32,000 nt of DNA from Alkalilimnicola ehrlichii MLHE-1 (GTDB taxonomy: Bacteria > Pseudomonadota > Gammaproteobacteria > Nitrococcales > Halorhodospiraceae). The stretch's first letter is position 1, and each line of letters begins with the position of its first letter. The notes beneath the pieces were generated by a model. The model saw only the letters and a program-made list of their open reading frames with translations. It did not search any database and had not been told where the DNA came from. This document shows, piece by piece, positions 8,811 to 17,809 of this stretch. Both the position numbers and the translations under genes were made by a program. The stretch is taken from NCBI RefSeq assembly GCF_000014785.1, contig NC_008340.1, forward strand, positions 3,060,001 through 3,092,000. The letters are read 5' to 3'.

Positions 8811-10124
8811 ATGGAGCAGACGTCCGCCGCCCGCCAGCCGTCGGAACAGGCAGCCCGGCTGAGCGTCTGGGTGCTACTGCTGCTCGGGGCCCTCCTGCTG
8901 CAGCAACCCGTACCGAGTGCACAGGCCGCTGAGAACGGCCCCGCCGGGGCGGACACCATCACCCTGCATTTCTTCTGGACCCAGCAGTGCCCCCGCTGCA
9001 TTGCCGCCCTGCCCGCCGTCCGCCGGCTGGCCGAGGACTACGACTGGCTGGAGGTGCGCAGCTACAACCTCAGCGCGGAGCCACGGCACGGCCAGGTCTA
9101 CCGGGAACTGGCCAGCGCCCTGGGCGAGGAGGCCCGGGCGGTGCCGGGGTTTGTCTTCTGCGACGCCATGCTGGTGGGCTTCGATGACCACGGCCGGCAG
9201 GAGGCGCGATTGCGCCAGTTGCTGGAGACCTGTCATGCGCAGATCCAGGCCGGCGGGCCGCCGGTGCTGGAGCGTGCCCTTTGGACCGAGGCGGAACCCA
9301 TGCGGTTGCCGCTGCTCGGCGAGGTGCGGCCGGATGACCTCTCGCTGCCGGCACTGACCCTCCTGCTGGCCGGGTTCGACGCCTTCAACCCCTGCGCCTT
9401 CTTCGTGCTGCTGTTCCTGCTCAGCGTGGTGGTGCACAGCCGCAGCCGCGGCCGTATCCTGCTGATTGGCGGCATCTTCGTGACCATCTCCGGGGTCATT
9501 TACTTCACCTTCATGACCGCCTGGCTGAACGCCTTCCTGGTCTTTGGCGAGATGCCGCTGGTGACCCGGCTGGCCGGGCTGGTGGCGGTGACCATGGCGC
9601 TGATCAACATCAAGGACTACTTCTGGTTCAAGCGCGGCGTGTCACTGAGCATTCCGGACTCGGCCCGGCCGGGGCTGTTCCGGCGTATGCGCGCACTCAC
9701 CACCGCCGACAGTCTGCCCTGGGTGCTGGGGGCCACGCTGATCCTCGCCGTGGTGGTGAACCTCTACGAGATCCTCTGCACCATGGGCTTCCCCATGATC
9801 TACACCCGCATCCTCACCGCCCACGACCCGGGCGCGGTGGGATACTACGGCTACCTGCTGGCCTACAACGTGATCTACGTGCTTCCCATGCTCATCATCG
9901 TGGCGCTGTTCGCCTTCACCCTGGGCAATCGCAAGCTGCAGGAAGACGAGGGGCGGCTGCTGAAACTGCTCTCGGGGATGATGATGCTGGGTCTGGGACT
10001 GATGCTGCTGCTGCGTCCGGACCTGCTGGCCAACCCCCTGTTCGCCGTCGGCGTCATCTTCCTGGCCCTGCTGGCCACCGGGCTGGTCCGCCGTCTGTCC
10101 CCGCGAGGGTCAGGCGGTCGATGA
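8811..10124 (+). CDS. Integral membrane thiol-redox protein: N-terminal thioredoxin/glutaredoxin-like domain fused to a CcdA/DsbD-like transmembrane domain
   Basis: 437 aa from MEQTSAARQ, preceded by SD caggagggg. Signal/TM segment, then HFFWTQQCPRCIAALPAVRRLAEDY (CxxC). The TM domain carries isolated cysteines in FDAFNPCAFFVLLFLLSV and VVNLYEILCTMGFPMIYTRIL, as in CcdA/DsbD-type electron transporters. Confidence 0.75.
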   Translation: MEQTSAARQPSEQAARLSVWVLLLLGALLLQQPVPSAQAAENGPAGADTITLHFFWTQQCPRCIAALPAVRRLAEDYDWLEVRSYNLSAEPRHGQVYRELASALGEEARAVPGFVFCDAMLVGFDDHGRQEARLRQLLETCHAQIQAGGPPVLERALWTEAEPMRLPLLGEVRPDDLSLPALTLLLAGFDAFNPCAFFVLLFLLSVVVHSRSRGRILLIGGIFVTISGVIYFTFMTAWLNAFLVFGEMPLVTRLAGLVAVTMALINIKDYFWFKRGVSLSIPDSARPGLFRRMRALTTADSLPWVLGATLILAVVVNLYEILCTMGFPMIYTRILTAHDPGAVGYYGYLLAYNVIYVLPMLIIVALFAFTLGNRKLQEDEGRLLKLLSGMMMLGLGLMLLLRPDLLANPLFAVGVIFLALLATGLVRRLSPRGSGGR

Positions 10125-10345
10125 CCCCGAGCAGGTTTGAGGCCGCGCCGGCGGGGCCCTGGGCGACGCACCTGGCGAATATTTACATGATTAGACACCG
10201 GCATTAGGACCTATACTTCTGCCGTGAGGAGATTTGTTAGATAAACCTGATCCGGTGGCCCGGTGCTTCCGGACAGCCCGCCGGGCGGCGGATAACCCGC
10301 TCCCACCTGCCGCCCGACAGCCCTATTCACCCGGAGGGCTGAGTC

Positions 10346-11065
10346 ATGCAAACACCACGAGTTTTGTTATTTTCAGTGCTGTTTGTCCTTTTGCTGATGG
10401 GTTGCGGGAATGAACAATCGGCGGACGACGACGCGGCACCGCTCGCCTCCAATAGGCCCGCATTGGAGGCGAGCGCGGTTGCCGATCTGTTGGTGCAGAA
10501 CTTCCATGATCAGACCGCGATTTTCGAGGAGATTGGTGATCGCATCCTGGCCATTGACGGGCAAGCCGCCGCCGAAGAGGTAGGCCGGCTCCTCGAGGGA
10601 GCCTACACGGACCGGGCGATTGCCGGGATTGAGGACATGGTCCAGTGGGCGGAAGAGTACCTGGTACCTCTCGATGCGGCGGAGCGTGCGGTACTCGCCG
10701 AGGAACTGGATGCGATCTTCGCGGCGGATGGCCGCCTAAAGGAAGCCGGGATGAGATTGGATCGGGCCACAGAGCGCGTTGACGGGAGTATCAACGCGCT
10801 GTTCCTGGCCAACCCGGGGCAGGCGCAAACGGTGCTCAATGGCGTGATCGCCTTTGGGGAAAACCTGGAGGCCTTCATGAACGATGAGCGGTGGCTGGCT
10901 CTGGACCGTCTTCTGGCACCGGAGCCGGCTCCCGAGGACGCAGCCCGCGGGTCGGCCGGGCAGATCGGTTCGCCTACCTGGTGTGAACGGATGGCCAACA
11001 CGCCGCAGTCCCAATGGACGATGAACGACGCCTTTGCGTTCGCGAACCATTGCACGGGCGGTTGA
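10346..11065 (+). CDS. Putative lipoprotein, uncharacterised
   Basis: 239 aa, MQTPRVLLFSVLFVLLLMGCGNEQSADDD. The lipobox LLMGC is followed by a soluble acidic domain. I recognise no family. Confidence 0.75.
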   Translation: MQTPRVLLFSVLFVLLLMGCGNEQSADDDAAPLASNRPALEASAVADLLVQNFHDQTAIFEEIGDRILAIDGQAAAEEVGRLLEGAYTDRAIAGIEDMVQWAEEYLVPLDAAERAVLAEELDAIFAADGRLKEAGMRLDRATERVDGSINALFLANPGQAQTVLNGVIAFGENLEAFMNDERWLALDRLLAPEPAPEDAARGSAGQIGSPTWCERMANTPQSQWTMNDAFAFANHCTGG

Positions 11066-11238
11066 GCGCGGGCGGGTATCCGCAGGCCAGCCGGCCCCGC
11101 TCGGCTCGGCTGGTGTCACGGGCATGCCGGGCCATCCGTCCGATCTGAATGGGTCGGCACGGGCCCCTTTATCTGTGCAATCGGATATGCCAACATAGTG
11201 ATATCAGGATACGCGCACAATATTAGGAGACGAGCAAC

Positions 11239-11841
11239 ATGCACCGCAGAAACCCAACCCTCAAGGCAGCCGCGATCAGCGCTTTCATCGGCACGGCGGC
11301 CTTGACGTCACCCGCGCTCCACGCCGACCCCTTCGACGGCTTCTTCGCACCAGGGGACAACGGGGAGGCCTCCATCGCGCCGGTTGAGTCCTTATTCCTG
11401 ACGATCTACGAGGCTGCCGACGGCACCAGCGAGGGCTACGCCCGAGCTCTGACGGAAGCGATCAACTATCGCGTGGCCGCCATGCAGATCTTCGGCGACG
11501 ACTGGTTCAAGATTGACAGGGCACTGCGCAACGACTTCCTGGAGGTGTTCCCATCGGCCATACAGGACTACCTGGAATCGCTGGCGATCACCGATTTTCA
11601 CATTGAGTCCATCACGCCAACCGAGAGGGACACTGAGTTCGATGCCTCGGGCGAACTGGTGACGGACGCAACGCAAGACCCACTGCCGGTAACCTGGACC
11701 GTCAGGGTTCGCGGCCCGGAGGCCCGGATCATCCGGGCAGAAACCGCTGACGCAACCCTACTGCTACCTGAGCATGCACGTCAGCAGGTTGCCGACAATC
11801 CGACGGATCTTGAAGATATCATGGGTGGCCTGGGTTACTGA
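11239..11841 (+). CDS. Putative exported protein, uncharacterised (very weak MlaC/Ttg2-like feel)
   Basis: 200 aa, signal peptide MHRRNPTLKAAAISAFIGTAALTSPALHA-DPF. SD ttaggagacgagcaac precedes the ATG. Confidence 0.75.
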   Translation: MHRRNPTLKAAAISAFIGTAALTSPALHADPFDGFFAPGDNGEASIAPVESLFLTIYEAADGTSEGYARALTEAINYRVAAMQIFGDDWFKIDRALRNDFLEVFPSAIQDYLESLAITDFHIESITPTERDTEFDASGELVTDATQDPLPVTWTVRVRGPEARIIRAETADATLLLPEHARQQVADNPTDLEDIMGGLGY

Positions 11842-11914
11842 CGCGCATTGCCCCCGATACCGACCCGACTTACCGACTTACCGCAGGCGGGGCGCCAGCC
11901 CCGCCACGGCGGCC

Positions 11915-13105
11915 TCAGAGCCTCTCCAATGCCAGGGCGATCCCCTGACCTCCGCCAATACACAAGGTCACGATGCCGCGATGCCCCCCATCACGATGCA
12001 TGGCGTGCAGGAGTCGGGTCGTGAGTACCGCACCGGTGGCGCCAATGGGGTGTCCATGGGCGATGGCGCCCCCCTCGACATTAACCACATCCTCGCTGAG
12101 CCCCAGCTCTCGCAGGCAGGCCAGGGCAATGGCGGCAAAGGCCTCGTTAATCTCCACCCGATCCACGTCCCCAATCGCCCAGCCGGCCCGATCCAGGGCC
12201 TGTCTGACCGCAGGCACCGGGCCGATGCCGAAATAACCCGGCTCCACCGCGCCGACGCCAAAGGCCACCAACCGGGCCATCGGCACGACGCCCGCGGCCT
12301 CGGCCCAGGCCCGATCAGCGACCACCATCGCGGCCGCTCCGCTGTTGAGGCCGGGGGCGTTGCCGGCCGTGATAGTCCCCCCTTCGCGGAAGGCCGGTTT
12401 CATGCGCGCGAGCGATTCGGCGGTTACATCACCCCGGTTGTGCTCATCCCGCTCGAACGGTACAACGCCCTTGCGGGCATTGACCTCCACGGGGGTGATT
12501 TCCCCGTCGAAACGACCCGCCGCCTGGGCCTCGGAAAACCGCTGTTGCGAGCGGGCCGCCCAGCGATCCTGATCCTCCCGGGAGACACCGTAGCGACTGA
12601 CCAGATCCTCGGTGTGCCAACCGGAATGCTTGCCGCTGAACGCATCATTCAATCCGTCCGTCAGCATGCTGTCGAACAGCTTCGCGTCGCCCATCCGGGC
12701 ACCCCAGCGACCCTGCGGCATCAGATAGGGCGCCATGTCCATGTTCTCCATGCCCCCGGCGATGGCACAGTCCGTCATGCCGCTCCAGATCTCCATGGCG
12801 GCACTGGCGATGGCCTGAGCCCCGGAGCCGCAGACGCGGTTCACCGTGAGTGCCGGCACCTCCACCGGGAGACCTGCGTGTATGCCCACCTGCCGGGCCG
12901 GATTCATCCGGTTGCCGGCCTGGATAACGTTGCCCATCACCACGGACTGGACTTTTTCCGGCGCCAAACCGGTCCGGGAGAGGACGCTCCGCACGGCACA
13001 GGCCCCGAGCTCTGTGGCAGGCGTGTTCTTGAGCGTGCCCCCGTAGGTGCCGATCGCGGTACGGACGGGGGCGCAGAGCACAACCTCGCGCTGAGTCATA
13101 GCCAT
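11915..13105 (-). CDS. Acetyl-CoA C-acetyltransferase (thiolase family)
   Basis: 396 aa, MTQREVVLCAPVRTAIGTYGG. Active-site region LTVNRVCGSGAQAIASAAMEI, GHPIGATGAVLTTRLLH and C-terminal VTLCIGGGQGIALALERL. Confidence 0.93.
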   Translation of the reverse strand: MAMTQREVVLCAPVRTAIGTYGGTLKNTPATELGACAVRSVLSRTGLAPEKVQSVVMGNVIQAGNRMNPARQVGIHAGLPVEVPALTVNRVCGSGAQAIASAAMEIWSGMTDCAIAGGMENMDMAPYLMPQGRWGARMGDAKLFDSMLTDGLNDAFSGKHSGWHTEDLVSRYGVSREDQDRWAARSQQRFSEAQAAGRFDGEITPVEVNARKGVVPFERDEHNRGDVTAESLARMKPAFREGGTITAGNAPGLNSGAAAMVVADRAWAEAAGVVPMARLVAFGVGAVEPGYFGIGPVPAVRQALDRAGWAIGDVDRVEINEAFAAIALACLRELGLSEDVVNVEGGAIAHGHPIGATGAVLTTRLLHAMHRDGGHRGIVTLCIGGGQGIALALERL

Positions 13106-13234
13106 TTACCTCGCTAGTGAAAACCGCACAAGAATAGGGTAATCGCACGATACCGCCAGCGCGCCCGAAACGACGTAAATCCGCGGTTCCGGGAAGCGCT
13201 TACCACCGGCCCTCAAACCGTTTACCAAGCCTGG

Positions 13235-14074
13235 TCAGCTCGCGGAAGTGGGACGCGCCGGCACCAAGAGCACGAGCTGGTGGCTATTACGGCAGACCGC
13301 CTCGGCGGTGCTCCCCAGCAGGAGTTCAGTTAACGGGTTGTGGCCGCGCCGCCCGAGCACCACCAAGTCCGCCTGCTGTTCCCTGGCCACCTGGCTGATC
13401 ACCTGGCTGGGCTTGCCACGCCCTACCAATACCGTCTGGAAGGTGTCCGCGCCTGCTTGATCGAGAAGGCCCCGGATATGCTGCTCGATCCGTACCCGTT
13501 CGCCATCCTCATCCTTGCGATCATCCCACCGGCCGACGGAGACCACGACCCCCCGACCACAATGGGGCAGCAGCTTGAGAAAGGCCGCCTCGGCGCCGGA
13601 GGCCGCCTCGGAGCCATCGGTGGCCAGTAGCGGCCGGCAGATACCGCCCGAAGGCAGGGACGCCTCGCCATTGATCGGCACCAGCAACAGAGGCCGGTCG
13701 GCCAGACGCGCAAGGTTCAGCACCGTATTGCCAAGGAGCAGTTCGTGGACAAAACCGTGCCCCTGGCTGCCGGCCAGGATGGTGCCCGCCTGGCAGGCCT
13801 CGGCGGCGGCGATCAGCTCCTGGGCCACGGCGCCGACCCGGATCGTCCAGTCCACGTCCAGCCCGGTGGCCTGTTTCAGTGCCTTCGCCGCCTCGGCCAG
13901 CTTTTCCTCGTAATAGGCCCGATGACCCAGCTCCGGGGCCTGGGTATACCCCTCGGCCATCACGTAGGCCAGGGTCACGCGCCGGCAGCCCAGCGCCGGC
14001 AGGCGGGCCAGTTGGGCCTCCAGTTGCGACCAGGCCGGTGAGAAGTCGATGGCGGCCAGTATATGCTTCAGCAT
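13235..14074 (-). CDS. Universal stress protein, tandem UspA domains
   Basis: 279 aa. N-terminal MLKHILAAIDFSPAW...GTILAGSQGHGFVHELLLGNTVLNLARLADRPLLLV and C-terminal RPLLATDGSEAASG...ADLVVLGRRGHNPLTELLLGSTAEAVCRNSHQLVLLV. Confidence 0.9.
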   Translation of the reverse strand: MLKHILAAIDFSPAWSQLEAQLARLPALGCRRVTLAYVMAEGYTQAPELGHRAYYEEKLAEAAKALKQATGLDVDWTIRVGAVAQELIAAAEACQAGTILAGSQGHGFVHELLLGNTVLNLARLADRPLLLVPINGEASLPSGGICRPLLATDGSEAASGAEAAFLKLLPHCGRGVVVSVGRWDDRKDEDGERVRIEQHIRGLLDQAGADTFQTVLVGRGKPSQVISQVAREQQADLVVLGRRGHNPLTELLLGSTAEAVCRNSHQLVLLVPARPTSAS

Positions 14075-14104
14075 GTCCTTTCTCCGTTGGCTGAATCGCC
14101 AGAA

Positions 14105-14425
14105 TCATTGCCCTTCGGTTTTCGTGTGCCCCGCGGGGCGCCAGGGGCTGACGGCGCCCTCCACCACCAGGCGTTTCCAGCGCCAGAACCCTTCCACATC
14201 CACCCGGTAGGGGCCTTCGGAGAGCGCCCGGGCCAGGTAGACGGTGACGCCCTCCAGCGACAGGGCCTGGTAGTCCTCGCGGGCCTCCGGCACCCGGACC
14301 TCGGCCCGGGGCACGGCTGCGTGGCCGCCGCAGCAGCCATGTTGGGGGGCGGCACGCACAGTCAGTACGCCCCCCTGGGCCAGCACCCATGCCCGCGCCG
14401 CCGGGGTCAGGATGACCGGGGTCAT
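14105..14425 (-). CDS. Small Cys-Cys-Gly-Gly protein, resembles the CC/Se-motif (seleno)protein family found near ars genes
   Basis: 106 aa, MTPVILTPAARAWVLAQGGVLTVRAAPQHGCCGGHAAVPRAEVRVPEAREDYQALSLEGVTVYLARAL.... Its start overlaps the stop of the ACR3 gene by 4 bp (14422-14425), implying translational coupling. Confidence 0.75.
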   Translation of the reverse strand: MTPVILTPAARAWVLAQGGVLTVRAAPQHGCCGGHAAVPRAEVRVPEAREDYQALSLEGVTVYLARALSEGPYRVDVEGFWRWKRLVVEGAVSPWRPAGHTKTEGQ

Positions 14426-15537
14426 GCCTTGCCCGAGGCGGGGGCCAGCCCCGGCTGCGTCTCTTCCGGGAACCAGTGCTTGGTTTTATTGGCGATGCGG
14501 ACCAGCGCCAGCATCAGCGGTACCTCCACCAGCACGCCCACCACGGTGGCCAGCGCCGCCCCCGATTGCAGGCCGAACAGGGCGATGGCCGCGGCCACGG
14601 CCAGCTCGAAGAAGTTGCTGGCGCCAATCATGGCCCCGGGTGCCGCCACCGAGTGCTGCACCTTCCACGCCTTCGCCCAACGATAGGCAATGAAGAAGAT
14701 CAGGAAGGTCTGGATGATCAGCGGGATCGCGATCAACAGAATGTGCAGCGGGTTGTTCAGGATCACCTCGCCTTGGAAGGCGAACAGCAGGATCAGGGTG
14801 AGGATCAGCCCGATGGGCGTCACCGGCGCCAGGCGCTTCATGAAGACGTTGTCGAACCACTCCACGCCCTTGTGTTTGATGAGCATCACGCGGGTCAGGT
14901 AGCCGGCAGCCAGCGGGATGACGATGTACAGGAACACCGACAACGCCACGGTATCCCACGGCACCTGGATGTCAGAGATGCCCAGCAGCAGCACCACGAT
15001 GGGGGCAAAGGCGAACAGCATGATCAGGTCGTTCACCGAGACCTGCACCAGGGTGTAGGCGGCATCGCCCCGGGTGAGGTAGCTCCAGACGAAGACCATG
15101 GCGGTGCAGGGGGCCGCGCCCAGCAGGATGGCCCCGGCCAGGTACTCCCGGGCCAGGTCCTCCGGGATGAAGGGCTGGAAGACCACCATCAGGAAGAACC
15201 AGGCGATGGCGAACATGGTGAAAGGCTTGATCAGCCAGTTCACAGTGGTGGTGATCACCAGCCCCTTGGGCTGCCGGCGCACACCGAGGATGGCACCGAA
15301 GTCGATCTGCACCATCATCGGGTAGATCATGGCCCAGATCAGGATGGCGACGGGGATGGAGACCTGGGCGTACTCGAAGCGTGCAAGGGTATCCGGCACC
15401 ACCGGCAGAAACTGCCCCAGCAGCACGCCGGCGATCATGCCCAGCGCCACCCAAAGGGTGAGGTAGCGCTCGAACAAGCCCATACCCTCCTTGGTGGAGG
15501 GGGTGTCATTGGCGGCGGTCGGCTGCGAATCACTCAT
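14422..15537 (-). CDS. arsB: ACR3-family arsenite efflux transporter
   Basis: 371 aa with multiple TM segments. MGLFERYLTLWVALGMIAGVLLGQFLP, ILIWAMIYPMMVQIDF, GAILLGAAPCTAMVFVWSYLTRGDAAYTLVQVSVNDLIMLFAF and GASNFFELAVAAAIALFG match ACR3/BASS-type transporters. Confidence 0.95.
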   Translation of the reverse strand: MSDSQPTAANDTPSTKEGMGLFERYLTLWVALGMIAGVLLGQFLPVVPDTLARFEYAQVSIPVAILIWAMIYPMMVQIDFGAILGVRRQPKGLVITTTVNWLIKPFTMFAIAWFFLMVVFQPFIPEDLAREYLAGAILLGAAPCTAMVFVWSYLTRGDAAYTLVQVSVNDLIMLFAFAPIVVLLLGISDIQVPWDTVALSVFLYIVIPLAAGYLTRVMLIKHKGVEWFDNVFMKRLAPVTPIGLILTLILLFAFQGEVILNNPLHILLIAIPLIIQTFLIFFIAYRWAKAWKVQHSVAAPGAMIGASNFFELAVAAAIALFGLQSGAALATVVGVLVEVPLMLALVRIANKTKHWFPEETQPGLAPASGKA

Positions 15538-17249
15538 GAGTAGTCTTCGCTCCAGGGTTCAATAATCAGTCGGCTGTGATGTTCGCTCACGATCTCGCGC
15601 AGCCAGCGGGCCTCCTGCGCCTGGCGGGCGCGCAGCACCGGGTCGGTCACCGCCAGCGGGGTCAGCGACTGGTTGACAATCCAGGCCGCCGGCTCGATCT
15701 CCGCCCGGCGCAGGTCCGCCTGCAGAGCTGCCGCCTCGTGCACGGGCGTGGCCTCCGGCAGGGTGCAGATCAACATGTGGGTGTAGTGGGGGTCACGCAG
15801 CCGGGGCAGCAACTGCTCCACCTCCGGCGCCACCTCCTGGCTCTGCCGGCCCAGCTCGCGGTGATAGGCCTGGGCGGCATCCAGCAGCAGGATGGTGTGG
15901 CCGGTGGGGGCGGTGTCCAGCACCACGATCTCGTCCTCGGCCCGGGCCACGGTACGGGCGAAGGCCTGGAAGACGGCGATCTCCTCGGTACAGGGCGAAC
16001 GCAGGTCCTCCTCCAGCAGCTTGCGCCCCTCCTCGTCCATGTCGGCGCCGGCGGTGGCCATGACGTGCTCGCGGTAGCGCTCGGTCTCGGCCTTGGGGTC
16101 CACCCGGCCGACCGTCAGCCCGGTGGGCAGCTCGCCGCCCACGGCAGCGGCCACGTGGGCCGCCGGGTCGGTGGTGGTCAGGTGAACACTGTGCCCGCGG
16201 GAGGCGAGCGCCACGGCGATCCGGGCCGCCAGGGTAGTCTTGCCCACCCCGCCCTTGCCCAGGGTCATGACCGCACCGCGGCCGTCGCGCTCCAGGCTGT
16301 CAATGAGTTGCTCGAAGGACTCGCCCTCGGGTGCGTCCTCCGCCGGCTGTTCGGGAATGTCGGGGGCCTGCTCGCCCAGCAGGATGCGCAGGCCGTCCAG
16401 GCCCATGGGCGCGTGCGCCCGCAGTGGCCGCTCGCTGCGCGGCAGCTCCGCCAGCCCGGCGGGCATGGCCTCGAGGGCGCGCTGGCCCCGCGCCTCCAGG
16501 GCCCGGGCCACCGGGTCGTCGGCGTCGGTGGCGCGAAAGACGCCGTTGACCACCAGATGCTGGTTTTTCACACCGAGGTCGCGCAGTTCTTCGCTGGTGC
16601 GGGCGGCCTCGTCCAGCGCGGCCCCCTCCGGCCGGCTGACCAGCACCAGGGTGGTGCGGTCGGCCTCCGCCAGCGCCTCCACCGCGCCGGCATAGACGTC
16701 CTTCTGGGCGGACAGCCCTTCCAGCGGGCCCAGGCAGGAGGTGCCGGAGGTGTTGGTCTCGATGTACCCGCTCCAAGCGCTGGGCAGGGAGAGCAGCCGC
16801 AGGGTGTGACCGGTGGGGGCGGTGTCGAACACCAGGTGGTCGTAGCCCTCGGCGGCGCGGGGGTCGCCCAGCAGGCCGGCGAAGGCGTCGAAGGCGGCGA
16901 TCTCGACGGTGCAGGCACCAGAAAGCTGCTCTTCCATGCTCCGCACGATGGCGTCCGGGAGCTGACCACGGTAAGGACCGACGACGCGCTCGCGGTACTC
17001 CTCGGCAGCCTTTTCCGGATCGATGTTGAGTGCATGGAGGTTGTCCACGCCATTGACCGGGCGCGGAGTACCGGTCAGGTCGGTCTCCAGCACCTCGTCG
17101 ATGTTGGAGGCCGGGTCGGTGGAGACCAGCAGGACACGCTTGCCCCGCTCCGCTAGGGCCAGCGCCGTGGCGCAGGCGAGGGAGGTCTTACCGACACCGC
17201 CCTTTCCGGTGAAAAAGAGATTGCGCGTGGCGTTTTCCAGAAATTGCAT
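15534..17249 (-). CDS. arsA: Arsenite efflux ATPase ArsA (two tandem P-loop halves)
   Basis: 571 aa. Two deviant Walker A motifs, FFTGKGGVGKTSLACATALALAERG and MTLGKGGVGKTTLAARIAVALASRG. Signature VFDTAPTGHTLRLLSLP and VLDTAPTGHTILLLDAA. The 3' end overlaps arsB by 4 bp. Confidence 0.96.
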   Translation of the reverse strand: MQFLENATRNLFFTGKGGVGKTSLACATALALAERGKRVLLVSTDPASNIDEVLETDLTGTPRPVNGVDNLHALNIDPEKAAEEYRERVVGPYRGQLPDAIVRSMEEQLSGACTVEIAAFDAFAGLLGDPRAAEGYDHLVFDTAPTGHTLRLLSLPSAWSGYIETNTSGTSCLGPLEGLSAQKDVYAGAVEALAEADRTTLVLVSRPEGAALDEAARTSEELRDLGVKNQHLVVNGVFRATDADDPVARALEARGQRALEAMPAGLAELPRSERPLRAHAPMGLDGLRILLGEQAPDIPEQPAEDAPEGESFEQLIDSLERDGRGAVMTLGKGGVGKTTLAARIAVALASRGHSVHLTTTDPAAHVAAAVGGELPTGLTVGRVDPKAETERYREHVMATAGADMDEEGRKLLEEDLRSPCTEEIAVFQAFARTVARAEDEIVVLDTAPTGHTILLLDAAQAYHRELGRQSQEVAPEVEQLLPRLRDPHYTHMLICTLPEATPVHEAAALQADLRRAEIEPAAWIVNQSLTPLAVTDPVLRARQAQEARWLREIVSEHHSRLIIEPWSEDYS

Positions 17250-17357
17250 GGCCTGCCTTTGACGTTGATGGTTGATGGCGGATGGTTGAACCGATGGGCC
17301 CAGAGGTGCCTTTAGCGGTCGAATGCACGCCGGCTTCCATCAGGGGCTGTCATGCTG

Positions 17358-17735
17358 TCAACAGCAGCCGGAGCCCGGTGACTGATCGTTGCCACCACAG
17401 CCGCCAGCGGACTCGGTGTCAGCCGATTCGGCCTTGATGCCAACCCAGGCGGCCAGCGCCTGGCGATCCGGGTAGCTGCCCTGGCTCATCACCTCGCCGT
17501 CCACCAGGAAGACCGGCAGGGCGTCCTCGCCCCGGCGCTGGAGGATGTCCTTAACGGTCGCGTTCTCGACGAAGGCGCCGGGTTGTTGCGAGAGGTTGTA
17601 GCGGATGACGGACACCCCCTGTTTTTTCACCCAGTCCAGGTCGGCGGCCAGCTTCGAGAGCTTGGGATCGACACTCGGGCCACAGACACCCGTGGAACAG
17701 CACTGCGGCGGGTCGAAAACAGTCAGTTCGGTCAT
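17358..17735 (-). CDS. arsD: Arsenite metallochaperone / transcriptional repressor ArsD
   Basis: 125 aa, MTELTVFDPPQCCSTGVCGPSVDPKLSKLAADLDWVKKQGVSVIRYNLSQQPGAFVEN...LPVFLVDGEVMSQGSYP...CGG...SGCC. The N-terminal CC...C set and C-terminal vicinal Cys pair are typical. Confidence 0.95.
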   Translation of the reverse strand: MTELTVFDPPQCCSTGVCGPSVDPKLSKLAADLDWVKKQGVSVIRYNLSQQPGAFVENATVKDILQRRGEDALPVFLVDGEVMSQGSYPDRQALAAWVGIKAESADTESAGGCGGNDQSPGSGCC

Positions 17736-17809
17736 GTCAAAACACCTCTGCTACGAATGGATAAAACGCGAACCGCGACGCGCGCCTGACGACGCCCGCT
17801 CCGGGCGGT

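Noticed and set aside
8731-8922. Upstream extension of the putA ORF (MHSVRVAAAGG...)
   Set aside because: It runs into the divergent gene, and its sequence is not PutA-like. MSHFVHPQP at 8730 fits the family start and leaves a promoter region.
10191-10217. Possible promoter TTAGAC-N15-TATACT upstream of the lipoprotein gene
   Set aside because: The spacer is only 15 bp and the -35 is a poor match, so it is too weak to call.
15576-17156. 526-aa plus-strand ORF opposite arsA
   Set aside because: Shadow of ArsA, composed of repetitive Gly/Gln/Val/Leu sequence with no domain evidence.
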